Shown piece by piece: positions 10,182 to 22,826 of a stretch of 27,574 bases of DNA. Location of the stretch: NCBI RefSeq assembly GCF_006345805.1, contig NW_021827569.1, positions 1 to 27,574 of the forward strand, in the 5' to 3' direction. The position numbers were made by a program, and so were the translations under genes. The stretch comes from Octopus sinensis. Lineage: Eukaryota. Below the pieces are notes generated by a model that saw only the letters and a list, made by a program, of their open reading frames with translations, did not search any database and had not been told where the DNA came from. Each line of letters begins with the position of its first letter. Position 1 is the stretch's first letter.

Positions 10182-10253
10182 GGTCGCAGCCTGGAATCGA
10201 ACTCGGAATCTTGGGGTTAGTAGCCCGCGCTCTTAACCACTACACCATATGCC
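10182..10253 (-). promoter_or_regulatory. tRNA-like Pol III type 2 promoter module (A and B box) inside the PLE 3' region
   Basis: A box TGGTGTAGTGG (10237-10247), an anticodon-like arm GGG-CTACTAA-CCC, and B box GAGTTCGATTCC (10193-10204). No convincing acceptor stem, so not a functional tRNA. Confidence 0.65.
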
Positions 10254-10269
10254 CGTGGGAAATTATGAA

Positions 10270-10720
10270 GTGAATTTTAGGGCTTATAAATCTAAGATTT
10301 CCCTATCCTTCCTTAATACCGGTTCCTATATACTATTCATAACTGCACTCAGTCTGCTGAGGAGGTTGTTGTGCCCTAGCATATGTGCTGCTTCTTTTAG
10401 TTTTCGTATTTTCCACTGGTGTTCTCTGTCTATTATTTTAACTTCATCCCACAGGGGGGAGGTGGTCTCCATTTTTCCACACATGAGCAGCTATACCCGA
10501 TTTATCAATATCTCCCCGTGATACAGCTTTGCGATGTTCCTCTACCCTTATTTTGAGGGGGCAGCATGTTTTGCCTTTGTATAACTTACCACAGCTGCAT
10601 GGGATGGAGTATACGCAGTTTTTGGTCATATTCTCTTCTATTGGTAGTTTTACCCGAAGGAGATATTTGCGAAGTGCTGTATTACTCTTGAATACTGTCC
10701 TGATGTCAGATGGGCCGCAT
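10270..10720 (-). pseudogene. PLE GIY-YIG endonuclease remnant
   Basis: IRTVFKSNTALRKYL...NCVYSIPCSCGKLYKGKT..LKIRVEEHRKAV...SGIAAHVWKNGDH, then after a frameshift WDEVKIIDRE..WKIRKLKEA. This matches the PLE pattern VYxIPCxCGxxYxGxT..R..EH..A.H. Confidence 0.85.
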
Positions 10721-11125
10721 ATCTTTGTATGTGTGGATATGTGCATGCGCGCAGGTCTGTGTGTGTGTGTGTAATGATAGTACGTATATGTGCGTACGTG
10801 TGTGTGTGTGTGTCTGTGTGGTTATGGCTGTTTATATATGTGTGTGGTTGGACTTAGTATCGTTTAAGGTCATAGGAAGAATTTATAGTAAGAATACATA
10901 TATGTATATATTCATGCATAAATAAATGCACTCATATGATATATATACACACAGCCTCACACACACAGAAGTACACGGCATGTGTAAATAGATACAAATG
11001 GGTGTATCTATGTGTGTGTGTGTTATCTCATGGTTCGTTTTATCATACAAACCCCATAATCGAAATTTTAATTACCACGGCTCTTTCCATCAGCTTTGTT
11101 ATAATTAATAAAATCAATCCATCAG

Positions 11126-11127
<2 letters not shown>

Positions 11128-11203
<76 letters not shown>

Positions 11204-11350
11204 ATATATATGTATATATACACATACATGCATGCATGCATATATCCATCCATCCATCCATCCATCCATACATACATACATACATACATACATACATACA
11301 TACATACATACATACATACATACATACATCATATATGCATACATACATAT
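11128..11350. repeat. (TA)n + (CATC)n + (CATA)n compound microsatellite
   Basis: Direct reading. Confidence 0.95.
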
Positions 11351-12004
11351 ATACATACTTACACATACCTATATGTAACGTATATAATCTAGTTCAAAGG
11401 TTCATTAAGTCATTTAATTAGCTTGTCTTGTTACTGTACTGATATTAACTAACCTAACTGACCTAAGCTTTATCGGTCTTAAACACCCTATTTGCTGCTA
11501 TATCCAGCTTGCTTATCTTTCTTCACCATAGATTTTACATTTGCTTTTTATTTTTGTTACTTTGGGACTTTTGGGGTTTTGTTTTTTTTAATTTTAGGAG
11601 TTTCGTTTCAGCTGGCAAAATGCGAAGAGAGCTGACCTACTGGGCAAATATAACTTAATCTGTCACTAAAAATGGCCTCTAAATTGCCGATATTAATTAT
11701 TAACGTCTCAGTCTACTTGGCCTTCAACGAGATTTTATTCATCGTTGGTGCAACTGAAGTAACATAATTCTTTTGTCCTTGTTTTGCTCTTGATCAACCC
11801 TGCTTGAGCAGAACAATGATTGACGACTTTCCATTTGTGACCATCCCATTTTTTATTCACGCAGCGAGTGTATATCTGTGCATGTATACGTTTGTACGTG
11901 TGTATGTGTATCTATGACTAGTTCATCCAATCTGTTCTTTTATTTTTTGTTTAAGGCGGTTTGTTGTTATCTAAAAGAAACCTTGCTAATATTTCTACGA
12001 AGTA

Positions 12005-12212
12005 AGGCAGCGAGCTGGCAGGATCGTTAGAACTCCGAGCAAAAGGCATTTCGCCCGTCTTTATAGTCTTAGTTCAAATTCCGCCGAGGTTGACATTGCC
12101 CTTCAACCTCTCAGAGTCGATAAAACAAGTACCAGCTGAGCACTGGGGTCGATGTAATCGACTAACTCCATCCCCGAAAATATCAAGTCTCGTCTCTATA
12201 GAAGAAAGAAAT
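12005..12212 (+). mobile_element. SINE family A
   Basis: GGCAGCGAGCTGGCAGGATCGTTAG...TAGTTCAAATTCCGCCGAGGTTGAC...GTACCAGCTGAGCACTGGGGTCGATGTAATCGAC. Confidence 0.85.
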
Positions 12213-13412
12213 ATTTCTAGGGAATCTAGCGATCACGCAGGAGCTCAACCGACGGCTCCTGGATTCTTTTAAATCGCTTCCTTTCAATAATGCAAAACTA
12301 AACTAAGTCATTCATTTGTAAAGTATGTTTACTGCCCATTAAGCAGCTGAAATTGTACGTGTAAGAGAGCATTTTAACTGTTGTCAATGTAGGGCATGTG
12401 ATAGTGCATTGAATAAATAAAACTGTAGAACATGTAGATGCACACTGGACAGATTTAAGGTATGTGACAGATCATTGAACAGATGTAACACCAGTGCTTG
12501 TGACTGTGAATTGAAGAGAGAAACTCTAAAACAGTGGTGATGAATCATTTTTTACCCATGGACCCCCATAGTCATTTGATGTTTAAAAACTAGTTATATA
12601 GATACTTTTCAAAATTCCTTTTTTTTTCACACATTCCCTTGTACAGGTTTGCAATAGCACTGTCTGAAACATCATGTTTCAGTGGGTGAGAGTTTGTTAA
12701 GACTGTTAGAGGACGAAACCTTTGTTTCTTGTAGTTAATATACCTAAAGAAAACTTTTCCTATAGATCCTTAAAATACTACCGAGAATCCCCAATTTTGA
12801 ATGGACCCCAAAAATGTTATATGCGCTCTTCTCCCACTTAGGGTTCATACATACACCGATGAGAACCACTGCAGTAGAAAACCAGTTGAGTGCTTGCTGG
12901 GGTCTATGTAAACAACTTCCAACGCCTCAAATTTGCCGGACTAATGCCGGAATAAGAAGGAATTATTAAGTATTAGTGGTGGTTATTTTAATTTCATACT
13001 ACTCCAATTGCGTGTACCGGATTCTTATTCAGTTATTCGCAACATCAGTGAATGTTTTATTCGCGGTTTCGTATATCAGAGATGACGAATTCTCGTTCGA
13101 ACATGTGGCTGGTTATGACTACACGCCATTGAAAAGGCCCAGAGAGGCCGCAATGAAATAGACGCTTTCGATTAATTTACGCCTCCATATGATAATTTAG
13201 CACAGCAAGTCTATAAGAGATGTTATATCAGAACAAATAGCGCAATAACTTGCCTATCAACAATGTATATGCATTATATTACATAGATGGCTATTTTAAT
13301 ATAATACTGTCTTAGTTTGTATCTATATTTACATATATATATGTGTGTGTTTGTCGTCGTTTACAAGCGTTTGTGTTTGTGTGCCTGTGATTTTGTATAC
13401 GTGAAGTATGAG

Positions 13413-13416
<4 letters not shown>

Positions 13417-13473
<57 letters not shown>
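13417..13473. repeat. (TG)n microsatellite
   Basis: Direct reading. Confidence 0.95.
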
Positions 13474-13475
<2 letters not shown>

Positions 13476-13849
13476 ACATGCAAAGTTGAATAAATGTCAG
13501 CGATTTTGCCAACAATAAGTCCGTCTTGTCGAAAGAATTTGTATTGCCATTTGCTTTCATTGCCCGCATTTCTCGACATTAACAGTGTGCAAGAGCTTGG
13601 GGAAGCACCAGGACAGCAAGAGGAGTATTAAATGGATTCATAAGGCCTATTAATAATTCAGGTTAATACTGCATGAATAGCATCAATCGCATTCAACTCT
13701 AACAGCTGCAATTTTAAGTGCAGGCAGTTGTTAGAGCGATACTGTATCTAAGAGCAGAAGTATACGGTATCAAGCGATATTATCACAAGCGCAAAACCCA
13801 TTAAAAACCGCGGCTTGGAGATTATCAAATATATCATTAATTCGTTTCA

Positions 13850-14195
13850 TGTTGCTAGTGCTGTAGCTGTTGTTATTGTTGTTGTTGTTGTTTTTGGTAG
13901 TGGCGGCGGTGGTCGTTGTGCTGGTGGTGGTGGTGGTGGTGGTGCTGGTTCTATTGCTAAGGGTGTAGTTAGTAAGATCGTTATTATTATTGTATATGTT
14001 ATAGCCGCTATTTTGGCTTCAATTAATGTTACACTGCAGGTTCTTTTATGATGTTCCCTCCACTAACAATGTTATTAAACTTGCTGTTGTTTCTGTTGAC
14101 AAAGTTTATGTTGTACTCAAACGCTGCTAACACTAGTACTAGTTTTGTTATCGCTGCTGGCATTGTTGTTGTTGCTGATGTTGTTGTTGTTGTTG
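13850..14195. repeat. (GTT)n/(GGT)n low-complexity tracts
   Basis: Trinucleotide runs at about 13865-13950 and 14163-14195. Confidence 0.75.
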
Positions 14196-14512
14196 TATAG
14201 AAATAAGTCAGATTTCATGGAGCACACCTACGATCAAAAGCGTCCCAGAACGCGGTCATCTTATCCTTTTTCATATCCAAACCAATATTATTCAATGTAT
14301 CCATCTTTAAGACGCGTAATTTGAAAGAGATGTGGCTGCTATTTCTACTGAGGCAAACGACAATGTAGAGGCTCCTTCGTTTGGCTTGACTCTGCTCCAC
14401 CGACTGAGCTGCTCGCACAAGTCAGATAATAAAGCCATGCTCTATTCCATGGAGAACTTGGGCCCTTTAAATATCTGAGAAGAGTGGAATGAAGAAAAAC
14501 ATATGTGCAAGT

Positions 14513-14920
14513 ATGTCTGTGTGGTGACTAGTTTGCTTCCCAACCAAGTGGTTCCAGGTTCTGTCCCACTGCGTGGCACCTTGAGCAAGTGTCTTCTACC
14601 ATAACCCCGATCCGACCAAAGCCTTGTGAATGGATTTGGCAGATGAAAACTGAAAGAAGCGTGTCGTATATATGGTGTGTGTGTGTGAGTGTGTATGTTT
14701 GTGAGTGTTGGGTGGGGGGAATTCGTGTGTGTGTGTGTCTTTGTGTATGTGTTTCTTCCCTCCGCCACTTGACAACTGACGTTGGTTTGTTTACTTCTCC
14801 GTAAGTTAATGGTTCAGTGGAGAAAAAAAAACGATAGAAAAGTACCAGGCTTTACACAAAAACATAGTAAGTACTGGGTTCGGTTTGTTTGACTAAACCC
14901 TTCAAGGTGGTACCCAAGCG
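14513..14920 (+). mobile_element. SINE family B
   Basis: GGTTCTGTCCCACTGCGTGGCACCTTGAGCAAGTGTCTTCTACC...GACCAAAGCCTTGTGAATGGATTTGG, collinear with 8108-8552. Confidence 0.85.
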
Positions 14921-14924
14921 ATTT

Positions 14925-15112
14925 GAGAGGGGGTACTTAGAGGAAGGGATTACATCGACCTCAGGGCTCAATTGGTACTTATTATATCGACTCTGAAAGG
15001 GATGAAAGGCAAAGTCGACATCGGCGGGATTTGAACTCAGAACGTAAAGCAAACTGAAATACCGCTAAGCATTCTGCCCGACATGCTAGCGACTCTAGCA
15101 GCTCGCCGCCTT
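14925..15112 (-). mobile_element. SINE family A
   Basis: Minus-strand head AGGCGGCGAGCTGCTAG and B box GAGTTCAAATCCCGCC. Confidence 0.8.
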
Positions 15113-15827
15113 TCGGTCAACTTCAATACTAACTGTATCTGAGTTCAAATCCTGGAGTGATTATCTTTGCTTTACATTCTTTCTAGGGTCGATACAACAA
15201 AGTCCCAGTCAAATATTGGAGTTAATATAATCGATTATACTTAACCTCATAACCTAAGGAAAAGAGATCAAATCTAGCTTCAATCCTTTCCTTTATATAT
15301 AAAATCTTTGATCTGTGAACGTAACTAAAAGGCAATGGGCAAACTTCTGATTCCAACAGAATGATAAAAAGAATATTGTTTATCTCAAGTTAAGATATTT
15401 TTGTATTATTCTAAAAACGTTTCGTCAACGTTTCATTGTTGAGGAAATGGGATATGCATTTCAAAATTTTCCCGCAAAAAGAATCATGCAAAAGATGAGT
15501 GTGGAAGTTTACGATAGATATGTAAAACACATTTTTTGAAAAGGAAAGTATCTGGGAAAATCTTTAATTGGAGAAGGGATTTGTAGAATTCGGATTGTAA
15601 GCATAAATACATGTATTAGAGCCAAAATAATTGAAGAAAGTCATGAAGAAGACGGGCGTGGCAGAGCAATCCAGATCAAAGTCAGAGTGACTGACAAGAA
15701 ATTACAGGTGGAACCCTTCCGCAGGAGAAGACTAATTAGGTCATCGCTGCTCCACTCAGGCGAAGCATACAGCCTAAGGAGCGAAGCGCTTGTGACCCTG
15801 AGATGCCTGCTGATGGTAATGTGTTCA

Positions 15828-16018
15828 TTAATGATTTCAAATTTTGGCACTAAGCCAGTAATTTTGGGGAGGGTATAAACCAATTGCATCGACCCCAGAA
15901 CATAAGGATGAAAAGCAAAATGGACCTCCACGGAATTTGAATTCAGAACGTACAGAAGGACGAAATGCCGCCAAGCATTTCGCCTGGCGTCCAAACGATT
16001 CTGCCAGCTCACCGTCTT
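15828..16018 (-). mobile_element. SINE family A
   Basis: Minus strand GACGGTGAGCTGGCAGAATCGTT...GAATTCAAATTCCG...TTTTCATCC. Confidence 0.8.
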
Positions 16019-16559
16019 ATACAAAAGGTTTCCAATATTGCGATGGATTCAAAAGAGAACTTGCAATTATTCTGATCAGCTTCTGCAGTTTCTGAATGGG
16101 ACAAAGCATCTCCGATCTCCAATATTTATTTCGCCGATTATTCAAGAGTATAACGAAGGCTTTAGAAGAAATTTAGAAATTACCCTAGAAAATAATGAAA
16201 TTCAAAGTAGAAAATAGCGAAGTTAAAAGGAAACGATAAAGAAGATTTGTTTGTTATTCGCTAAAATCGATATATTTTCGAAAAAACACATCGATAATAT
16301 GCATGTACTTTAAGAGTTCTCTTACCAAAGTACTGCACTAGCTGCAACGTAAGAGCTTAGTGAGATATCTTACATTGTTCGTTGCTGTTGTTGTTAAACT
16401 TCATGTCATTCAAGAGTGGGCAAAATAGCATTCAAGGACATTCCAGCCATGAACATCCCACTTATTTTACAAGCGTAGCATTGTCTGGGTTATGTGCCAT
16501 TTCTTTGTTAGCAACAGAGATTTGGGTGTATAATGTTGTCTCGTAGATCGTACGAAGAT

Positions 16560-16670
16560 ATACTATAATATGGATATATAGATGTATCTATGTGAGTATA
16601 TATATACATAGATATGTTTGTATGTGTATATATACACGCATATACTTACATACATATATTTATATGATAT

Positions 16671-16733
<63 letters not shown>

Positions 16734-16932
16734 GTATGTATACATATAATACAGATATATGTATATATATACATATATATATATATAAGTATGTATGTAT
16801 ACATGCATGCATGTATGTATAGATATATACTTGAACAACGCTCTTCATTTAACATTTCACTCTGACAAGTATTCTGTTTTAAAATATTTCTTCCAGATAT
16901 CATTTCCGCATGACATGCATTGTACGTGTATG

Positions 16933-16989
<57 letters not shown>

Positions 16990-17191
16990 TGTGTGTGTGT
17001 GTGTGTTTGTACACACACATGCATACAAACGTAACATACACAAGTACGTGCGTGAGTGCATATATATAATTGAAAAACGATCTTCAATTCATATGTTTCC
17101 CCTCTGACAATTATTTTTTATGTTTTAAATTATATACTCTAGACATTACTTCCGCGTGACAATATATATATATATATGATATACATACATT

Positions 17192-17231
<40 letters not shown>

Positions 17232-17400
17232 TTATAATATGTGTGTATGTAGATATATATATTCATATGTATATGTGTGTTTGTCTGTGTGTGTGTGTAC
17301 ATATACACATGCACCCAAAGATATAACTACACTCATCATACACACACCCATTTATACACCTCACATACGTATGTGTGTATGTATGTGTATGTGTTTGTGT
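16560..17400. repeat. Large compound TA/TATG/TG microsatellite region
   Basis: Direct reading. Two TA-rich blocks flank a (TG)n tract. Confidence 0.85.
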
Positions 17401-17614
17401 GCATTTTTGTAACTGTATTATATTCTGCTCTTTAAAAACCAACACTGACCCTATTTAGTAAAATAAACAGCATTTTCTTTTTTCTCTTATCTAAGACTAT
17501 CTCCATTTTTAATAATTAAAATATCTTAGTGGGTGGGCGACAAAAATACTCTAAATATAAGCTAAACTATTCATGTATGTGGAATAATTCTGTCTGAAAT
17601 GCTTGGATATAAAT

Positions 17615-17822
17615 CTTTCTAAATTTGGCTCAAGGACATCAGTTTTGAGGGTAGGTGGGTTCCGATTACATCAATTCCAGGACCCAGATGGTTCTTAATT
17701 TATCGACCCTGGAAGAATGAATGATAAATTCGCCCTCAGCGGAATTTGAAATCAGAACGTAATGCCGGAAGAAATGACGGTAAGCATTTTTTCCTGTGTG
17801 CTAACGATTCGGCCAACTCACT
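17615..17822 (-). mobile_element. SINE family A
   Basis: Minus-strand head GTGAGTTGGCCGAATCGTTAG and a family A body. Confidence 0.75.
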
Positions 17823-17852
17823 TGGTATAAATCATACTTGCTAGTTGAAAAT

Positions 17853-18033
17853 TAATTCTTTATTGCCCACAAGGGGCTAAACATAGAGGGGACAAACAAG
17901 GACAGACAAATGGATTAAGCCGATTACATCAACCCCAGTGCGTAACTGGTACTTATTTAATCGACCCCGAAAGGATGAAAGGCAAAGTCAACATCGGCGG
18001 AATTTGAACTCAGAACGTAGCGGCAGGCGAAAT
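17853..18033 (-). mobile_element. 5'-truncated SINE family A variant with LINE-like tail and a 16-bp TSD
   Basis: Flanked by the exact direct repeat CTTGCTAGTTGAAAAT (17837-17852 and 18034-18049). The tail is TCTATGTTTAGCCCCTTGTGGGCAATAAAGAA. Confidence 0.9.
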
Positions 18034-18106
18034 CTTGCTAGTTGAAAATGCAACAGTAAGACCGTTGCCTCGGGAAAATATCTTATATAGCATATGTCCG
18101 TTCCAC

Positions 18107-18214
<108 letters not shown>

Positions 18215-18289
18215 GAAATAAGGAGAAATACATTATAAATTTTGTTATAATGTAATATAATACATTATTATGGCGACGGACTGACAGGA

Positions 18290-18480
18290 TTGTTACCGCG
18301 CCTGACAAAATGCCTAGCAGCATTTCTTCTGACATTACGTTCTGGGTTCAAATGCCACCAGTGTCAACTTTGCCTTTCATCCCTTCGAGGTCGATAAAAT
18401 AAGATCCCTTGAGCATTGGGGTTGATGTTATCGACTTAGCCATCCCCCGAAAATACTGGCCTTGTGCCAAAATTTGAAAC
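18290..18480 (+). mobile_element. SINE family A
   Basis: TTCTGGGTTCAAATGCC...CTTTGCCTTTCATCCCTTCGAGGTCGATAAAATAAG...GGCCTTGTGCCAAAATTTGAAAC. Confidence 0.8.
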
Positions 18481-18914
18481 ATATGTTATATTATATTACA
18501 TTATATTATAATATAGTCCCTAAGTGTGTTCAATGTTATGGTTGCTTGGATCCCTGCAGTAAGTGTTCGAAGCGCCTTTAGATACTCAACCACAAGGGTT
18601 ACCAGGGAACACTTTATTACATTAAGTTACATATAATTATGTCTCTCTATATATTAATTGTTATTGACTTTGTAGCTTCGTTGTAGATCAACCTCCAACA
18701 AGCAAAGCTTTGATCGAAGCATTCCGGCCGTGACAAACCTACCTTTTGTTTGGATACTTTGAACCACATTAGTCTATGTATGTTAGGGTTAGCACGACTG
18801 AGAATTTAAGAGAGATTTAGCTTCCGTTTCTTGCATGGGCGACTGACTGGACTGCACGGAAGCACTATTGTTAACTGGTATTGTTTTAAGATGGGGGAAG
18901 AACAATAAACATAT

Positions 18915-18996
<82 letters not shown>
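18915..18996. repeat. (GATA)n microsatellite at the LINE 3' end
   Basis: Direct reading. It abuts AATAAAGAAACAT on the minus strand. Confidence 0.95.
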
Positions 18997-19419
18997 TGTT
19001 TCTTTATTAGCCACACAGGGCTGCACACAGATAGAACAAATTACAAGGTAGAGCTTTTCTTTTGGAGGTAAAAAAATAAAAATAAAAATAAAAATAAAAA
19101 TAAAAAAAATAAATTAAAATAAATTAAAAATTTAAAAAAAGGAAGGGGGGGCGATCAAAAGGGATCGTAAAAGGAGAGAAAGAGGACAAAAAAAAGGGGG
19201 GGTTAAAAAAAAGGGGGAGAGGAAAAAAATTGATCAATAGGGATCGTTATCACAGAAATGTCAATATGAAGTGTAAAGGGGAGGACAGGTGAGGTTTACC
19301 CGTGGAAAGAAAAGCCTACGGAAAAGACCACGGTAACCTCGGTCAATGAAGTCACATGTTATATTTCTTTTTTTTTTTTTTTTTGCAAATAAGCAACTCT
19401 CTGTATTAATTTTTACGGT

Positions 19420-22400
19420 TCATAGAATCATAGTCAAGGTGGCTTCGTCATTCATACGTGCCATCCTTGCTACATTCACCCATCTTTTTTTAAAACATTC
19501 ACTAGACAAAACTTGCCTCTCTACTCTCACTTTTTTCTTCAAGTAATACTTGAAGAAGTTGATGAGAGTTGACCAGAGAGGAAAGTGTTTGTCTCTAATC
19601 CTTTCAGACGCGTCCACCAGATACATTCTTTCACCATAGCCACAAGTATGATAAAAATAGCTCTTCCTTCCCGTTTGAAGGAAGGAGGCGTGACGATATT
19701 AACGATAGACTCAGCTGATAAACCGACACGTCCCACACGTGACAGCAGTCGTTCGACATAAGCCCACAGGTGGAAATTGCTGGACACTGCACGATTGCGT
19801 GCAGAGCGGTTTCGTCGCTCTGCCCGCATCTCGGGCAGGTCGGCCCCGTGTTTCTCGAGCCATGCCTATAGAGCTTATCCCGAACGGGTAGCGCTTCTCG
19901 GTAGCACCGCCAGGCCAGGGATCTCTGGAAGTTGTCCATAGGTCCCGGGCCGAAAGTCGTTTGAAACAGGCGGGTCAGGTATTCCTCGTCGACGACCAGG
20001 TTTGCCCCGAGCTCGTCGTCGTACCTCCCCTCCACTAATCCCCTATAGAATGCTTTGGTTGTGTTGAAGTCACTCAAGGTTGACCCGGGACGGCAGAGTT
20101 GCTTGAGAGCAACGCGACACTCGCGGTGCCATTCGCCCTTCTTCGGCCTCTTTTTGATCCACGACTGTAGTTCGGTCATGGAGACGAGTTGCGGGAATGC
20201 GTGCCTCACAAACGGCGACCACACCTGTTCACCGTCGTCTACATAGAGCCGGAGATGTCGCAGTCTCAGCGTGTCTGGCGCATCATCAACCACGGCATGC
20301 CCAGCCCTCCTTTTAACGGGTGGTGTTGACAGCAAATGGATCGCCTGACCATCGGGACGCATCCTTTCCACAAGAAGCGGAAGAGGATGCGTTCTAGTTT
20401 GGTGATGGTAGGGTCGGGACAAGGTACGACGGTCAGGCGGTAGTAGATGATGGACGCGATGTACGCGTTCACCACCTCCGCCCGACCTTTTAGGGACAGT
20501 TTCCTCTCGGCCCATTGCTGGGCGAGAGTGACCACCCTACTCGTTATCTCGTTCCAGTTCTTCTCCATTTGGAGGTCCGGACCGAACCAGACCCCGAGCA
20601 ACTCAACCGGGCCGTCTGTCCAGCGTCCCACGACGGAGGTACTGGTGGACGGCATGGGCTTGCTTCTCCAGGTGCCGAGCCGCAAGTCCACTGACTTTTC
20701 CCGGTTGATTTTTGCTCCTGTCACCCGCTTCGTAGTCTTTCAGTGTCTCGCCGACCCGCTCGATGTGCTCGTGCTTGACACTATGACGGTGACGTCGTCC
20801 GCGTATGCAGACACGCTCGTCCCGCATCCTAATTCTCGCGGGATGCCCCTCAGAGTCGCCAGCCCGCAGTAGTGGCTCAAGAGTCAATACGTATAGAAGC
20901 GCCGAGAGGGGGCATCCCTGACGGACCGAACGTTGCAATGGCGAAGGTCTCGATAGATGTCCATTTACGCGAATTACCGAACGGATGCCTCTGTACAGGC
21001 AGCTATCCAGCCGCGGAAGACGGGACCGAAACCAGCCGCTCTCAGGACTGCCTCCAAGTATCGATGGTCTACCCTATCAAGGCTTTCGATTGATCTAAGT
21101 TGATCAGGGCCCCACCCATGCCAGGTTCGTTAACTACCCTGTCTATGATGTAGCGCATCAGATGGAGGTTGTCATGGATGCTCCGGCCCGGCACGGCGCA
21201 CGTTTGGCGTTGTCGACCAGTTTCTCCATGACAAGCGCAACCTCTTGCTAACACCTTTGTCAAAATTTTCAGGTCTGCATTGAGCAGAGTGATTGCCTAA
21301 AGTTATCTATAATGTTCCCTTGTTTGGATCTTTCTTCAGCAGAGTTACAGCTCCTCGACTCACAAAACCGGGTATGCTCCCGTTTTGCTGCCAGTTGCAG
21401 TATACCGCTGCCAAGACGTCTCCAAACAAGTCTGGCATACAATAGTAAAATTCGTAGGGTAGACCATCCAAACCTGGTGATTTGTCCCTCGAGCATTCTG
21501 CCATCGCTTCCCGCACTTCCGCCGCCGTGATGGCACCTTCGCAGCACCCTGCCTTTCTTGTCGAGAGTCGTGGCAGGCTATGTAGGTAGGCACTGAAGTC
21601 CACCCTACGTTCTTGCCCTCCACTCGTCCCGAACAGTCGGGCAAAATGCTGCTGAAAGGCCTCACATATTTTACTTGGCTCGAGCAATTCGCGCCCCTGT
21701 TCATCTACCAGTGACCGAATGGTGGCTTTGTTGCCCTGTTCGCCTCTGCCAGCCGGGCCTCTCTCGCGGCTCCAACACCTTCGTTCCTTAGAGCACGCAT
21801 CCTAGCTCTGACAGCACATCCTTCGTTTTTGGCGTTGAAGTGTTGATCGAGGGCCAACCTCGCCGCCAAAACGTCGGATGCGATGCCGCTTCTAATTGCC
21901 TCTTCTAGCTTCTTAACTAGCTCACCCTCTACTCTATTTCTATCTATGGCTAGTGCTTGCTCTGACCTAATCGCTTCTGCTTTTACTGCTCTCTTGAGGG
22001 CAAACCACCATTGTTGTTGATGATGGCTCCCGTCAAAGCCCTCTTTACTAGTGTGCTAATCTGGTCTCTGAAAACTTGTCTGGACGGGAATGAGGCGTTC
22101 AGTTTCCAGTACCCAGGACCCTGTCTATGTGCCTTATCTAAGTCTAGCGTACACGTCACCAATTTGTGATCCGTGTAGCTGACTGTGTGGAATTGTGGAC
22201 ATCCTAAGTTATCCTTGTCTACTGTCCTACACAGTATCCTATCTAGATACGATCTCGACGACCCACTGCGGTTGCTCCATGTCCACGTTGGTGCATTTGG
22301 GTGGTCGAGTCGGTACCTGTCAGACAGTTGGAATCGTCTGAGCAGTCTCTGAGGCATTTGCATCTCCTTCTGTTTCTGTCTCTACCCACGTAGTCTACAT

Positions 22401-22824
22401 GCGTGTCCAGGTAGCATTCCAATCCCCCACTAGAGTAAAGGACGAGACGTTCCCAAGAATACTTCTAGACGTCGAAAGAATCCGCCCGACCTGTTAAGGG
22501 CGGTGCGTAGACTGATACGAGTCGAAAAGCGCACCCATTGCTGCCGTCAACATCCAGAACGATCAGTCTACCCTCCGGGTCTACGAATATCTCTTGACTT
22601 CGAGATCCAGGCTCTTGTGAAAAAGTACCGCGGTGCCACTACCGCCCATCCTCGGCAGACAGGAGCGAAATAAATGTTTACTGTCCGCCAAACATGGACT
22701 TTAGGGCCCGTGGCTCGTGGAGTCTGGTCTCACTTATGGCTATGATTCCCAAATCATGTGACTTGATGTCATTTAGGAGGTATCCTTGTTCCAAGGATGT
22801 CATTTAGGAGGTATCCTTGTTTCC
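19420..22824 (-). pseudogene. LINE ORF2 (APE endonuclease, reverse transcriptase, C-terminal Cys/His), with frameshifts and N-terminus missing
   Basis: APE motifs: IIAISETRL, GDWNA (22413-22427), SYLDRIL (22232-22252), SYTDH, GPGYWKLN. RT motifs: LLNADLKILTKVLA, QTCAVPGRSIHDN, LDQSKA(F)D (1-bp deletion), RQGCPLS, YADD (20794-20805). C-terminal motif CPRCGQSDETALHAIVQC (19784-19837). Confidence 0.93.
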
Positions 22825-22826
22825 AA
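22765..22826. repeat. 30-bp tandem duplication at the insertion junction
   Basis: GATGTCATTTAGGAGGTATCCTTGTTCCAA (22765-22794) and GATGTCATTTAGGAGGTATCCTTGTTTCCAA (22796-22826). Confidence 0.95.

Larger units (their letters stand above)
10005..10720 (-). mobile_element. 5'-truncated Penelope-like retroelement (GIY-YIG end plus 3' pLTR)
   Basis: A GIY-YIG remnant is followed downstream by a tRNA-like module, (AAT)n and a degenerate hammerhead (~10050-10095), and ends in (TAAATAATG)-type repeats. Confidence 0.8.

Noticed and set aside
10182-10253. Functional tRNA gene
   Set aside because: The acceptor stem does not pair convincingly, the anticodon-like loop is atypical, and it is embedded in a retroelement end.
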